Shown one piece after another: positions 62,473 through 64,000 of a DNA stretch of 64,000 bases. The DNA comes from Eremomyces bilateralis CBS 781.70 (taxonomy: Eukaryota). The position numbers were made by a program, and so were the translations under genes. The DNA lies in assembly GCA_010015585.1 (NCBI GenBank), contig ML975150.1; one strand, given 5' to 3'. Under the pieces are notes generated by a model. That model worked only from the letters and a program-made list of their open reading frames with translations, was not told the DNA's origin and did no database searches. The stretch's first letter is position 1, and each line of letters starts with the position of its first letter.

Positions 62473-64000
62473 ATGCATCTTACACGCCTTATCCTCCGGC
62501 AATTAGTCCGCGGTGAGCCCATCCTATACCGACACTGTCTATGCCGTCCTTTTTCTTCCCACCAACCACGGTATCCTCCGTCCGCTGTCCGGCTCCTCCG
62601 ACCATGCCCTTCCCGCTCTTTTTTCGCCTTCCCGGCCATGCAGCCTTCCCAGTCAAGCCCGAACCCGCACTTCGATCCGGGGATGGCGCAAATGGTCGAG
62701 TTGTCGAACCGGTTGCAACAGCAGTTACGCGCCCCTGAGCCTAAGCAACTCCATGCTGCCTTCCGGGCGTTCTTCAACGCAGCAGCGGACAAGTCACTTG
62801 GAGTCGAGGATGTTCAAGCCGGGCATGCGCTGCGAACGTTTCAAACACTGATGGAAACTACGCCGCCGGAGAAGAAGAGATGGTTCGAAAATAAGGACGT
62901 GGTATCGGTGTTACAGGTACTGGAAAGAAAACCCACTGGGAAGACGGAGTTCCATCGAGAGTTGGCCAAAGGGTTATTCGCGGTGTACGAGAAGAAAGGA
63001 AGCGGAGACTTGGGCGAAATTTCTAGAACAACTACCGGCTCCCTTTCCGACGCTGAGAAGCATGACCTCCCCGAAAACATTATGTATGACGAAGTGAAGA
63101 GATGGTATACTCATATTCTATGCTTCTCTGGCTTCGCCGGCGAAGCACACGAGCTACTTAAAGGGCTAGAAATGGTTGGCGAGAAGGTTCCAGATTCCAC
63201 ATGGCTCCTTGTATTCGAGGGATACGCTGCCGAAGGAAGAGAGGACGAATTGCACAAGCTACTGGAGGAACTTGGCGATCGCTCCGCTGAACTGGGTGAC
63301 GATGTTCGGGAAGTTATGGTCAAGTTTTACGCTGCCAGAGGACGGTATGTCAAGAGGTGGCACAAAGGCAAAGTCTTTGGCAGCTCAGAACCGGATGACA
63401 GGGCGTTGAATGCCGTGGTCAAGTACTGCTTGCAACACCGAGATATGAAATTGGGGCAGGAGGTCGTCAAAGAGGCTCTCGACGGTGCCCCAAGCAAAAG
63501 CGCTTGGGACAGTGCGCTCTTATGGGCTGCAGGCACTGGAAAGAGCATCGATGGGATTGAGCAAATGATCAACGTCATGGCTTCAAGAGCTCGCGGCAAG
63601 GATAAACATGATTTACCAGACATACAGTCAATCAATAAGCTGATCGAATATGCGTTATCGAAGAACGATGCATATGCAGCGGAACGATACCGGAATCTTG
63701 GGAAGAAACTGGATTTCAAGGCTGACGGCCAGGCGTATCTCCTAGCCATGCGGATACCACTTATCGCCAACGATCTTCTGGAGGCCATGAAAACGTATCA
63801 AGAACTGAAGAGCACGCATATTGAGTTCGAAGAGAACGATGACGTGCCTGTCATCAACCGACTCCTTACCGCCTTATGTTCCTCCGAGAACCAAGACTAC
63901 GATACTATCATGTCCGTTGTCGACGACCTCACCGAACGTGGCGCAAAATTCCTCCCCGAGACAGTCAGCGCTCTTTCCCTCCTGCATCTCGAGCGAGACG
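62473..64000 (+). CDS. cia84: Complex I intermediate-associated protein 84 (PPR-like mitochondrial protein), 3' end beyond the window
   Basis: Open frame from ATG 62473 (MHLTRLILRQLVRGEPILYRHCL..., presequence-like) to the window end. Helical-repeat segments WDSALLWAAGTGKSIDGIEQMINVM...PDIQSINKLIEYA...NDAYAAERY match my recollection of fungal CIA84. Confidence 0.78.
   Translation, partial: MHLTRLILRQLVRGEPILYRHCLCRPFSSHQPRYPPSAVRLLRPCPSRSFFAFPAMQPSQSSPNPHFDPGMAQMVELSNRLQQQLRAPEPKQLHAAFRAFFNAAADKSLGVEDVQAGHALRTFQTLMETTPPEKKRWFENKDVVSVLQVLERKPTGKTEFHRELAKGLFAVYEKKGSGDLGEISRTTTGSLSDAEKHDLPENIMYDEVKRWYTHILCFSGFAGEAHELLKGLEMVGEKVPDSTWLLVFEGYAAEGREDELHKLLEELGDRSAELGDDVREVMVKFYAARGRYVKRWHKGKVFGSSEPDDRALNAVVKYCLQHRDMKLGQEVVKEALDGAPSKSAWDSALLWAAGTGKSIDGIEQMINVMASRARGKDKHDLPDIQSINKLIEYALSKNDAYAAERYRNLGKKLDFKADGQAYLLAMRIPLIANDLLEAMKTYQELKSTHIEFEENDDVPVINRLLTALCSSENQDYDTIMSVVDDLTERGAKFLPETVSALSLLHLERD

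Overview
Gene-dense eukaryotic DNA from a filamentous ascomycete (Pezizomycotina), judged from short GT-AG introns with CTAAC/CTGAC branch points and typical fungal genes. The prokaryote-style ORF track therefore fragments most genes. I can assemble about 24 protein-coding loci, mostly housekeeping: NBP2, an Osh6/7-type ORP, PIB1, SSU72, CGI121, cyt-4/DSS1, PEX2, APT1, DOA1, ECM15, MDM34, a DUF1295 protein, TOP3, a mitochondrial carrier, an APC permease, VID27, RPL18, GH128, nuo-24, RSM18 and cia84 (cut by the window end). There is also an orphan-like secreted WSC-domain precursor and a divergent TauD dioxygenase / Dal5-family transporter pair. No tRNA, rRNA, CRISPR array or intact transposon was recognised. 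Most notable observations: (1) a ~350-nt, extensively self-complementary element between APT1 and DOA1, bounded by intron signals, with alternative pairing registers over the 5' splice site; (2) a sulfonate-utilisation gene pair in apparent decay, with a multiply disrupted transporter (including a possible TA-type transposon footprint) and a dioxygenase whose only visible defect is a GA instead of GT splice donor; (3) a Kex2-type secreted precursor with a rewired WSC domain; (4) a recurrent C-rich-then-G-rich synonymous codon switch inside many CDSs. All gene models and pairings were derived by eye; no searches or folding programs were run.
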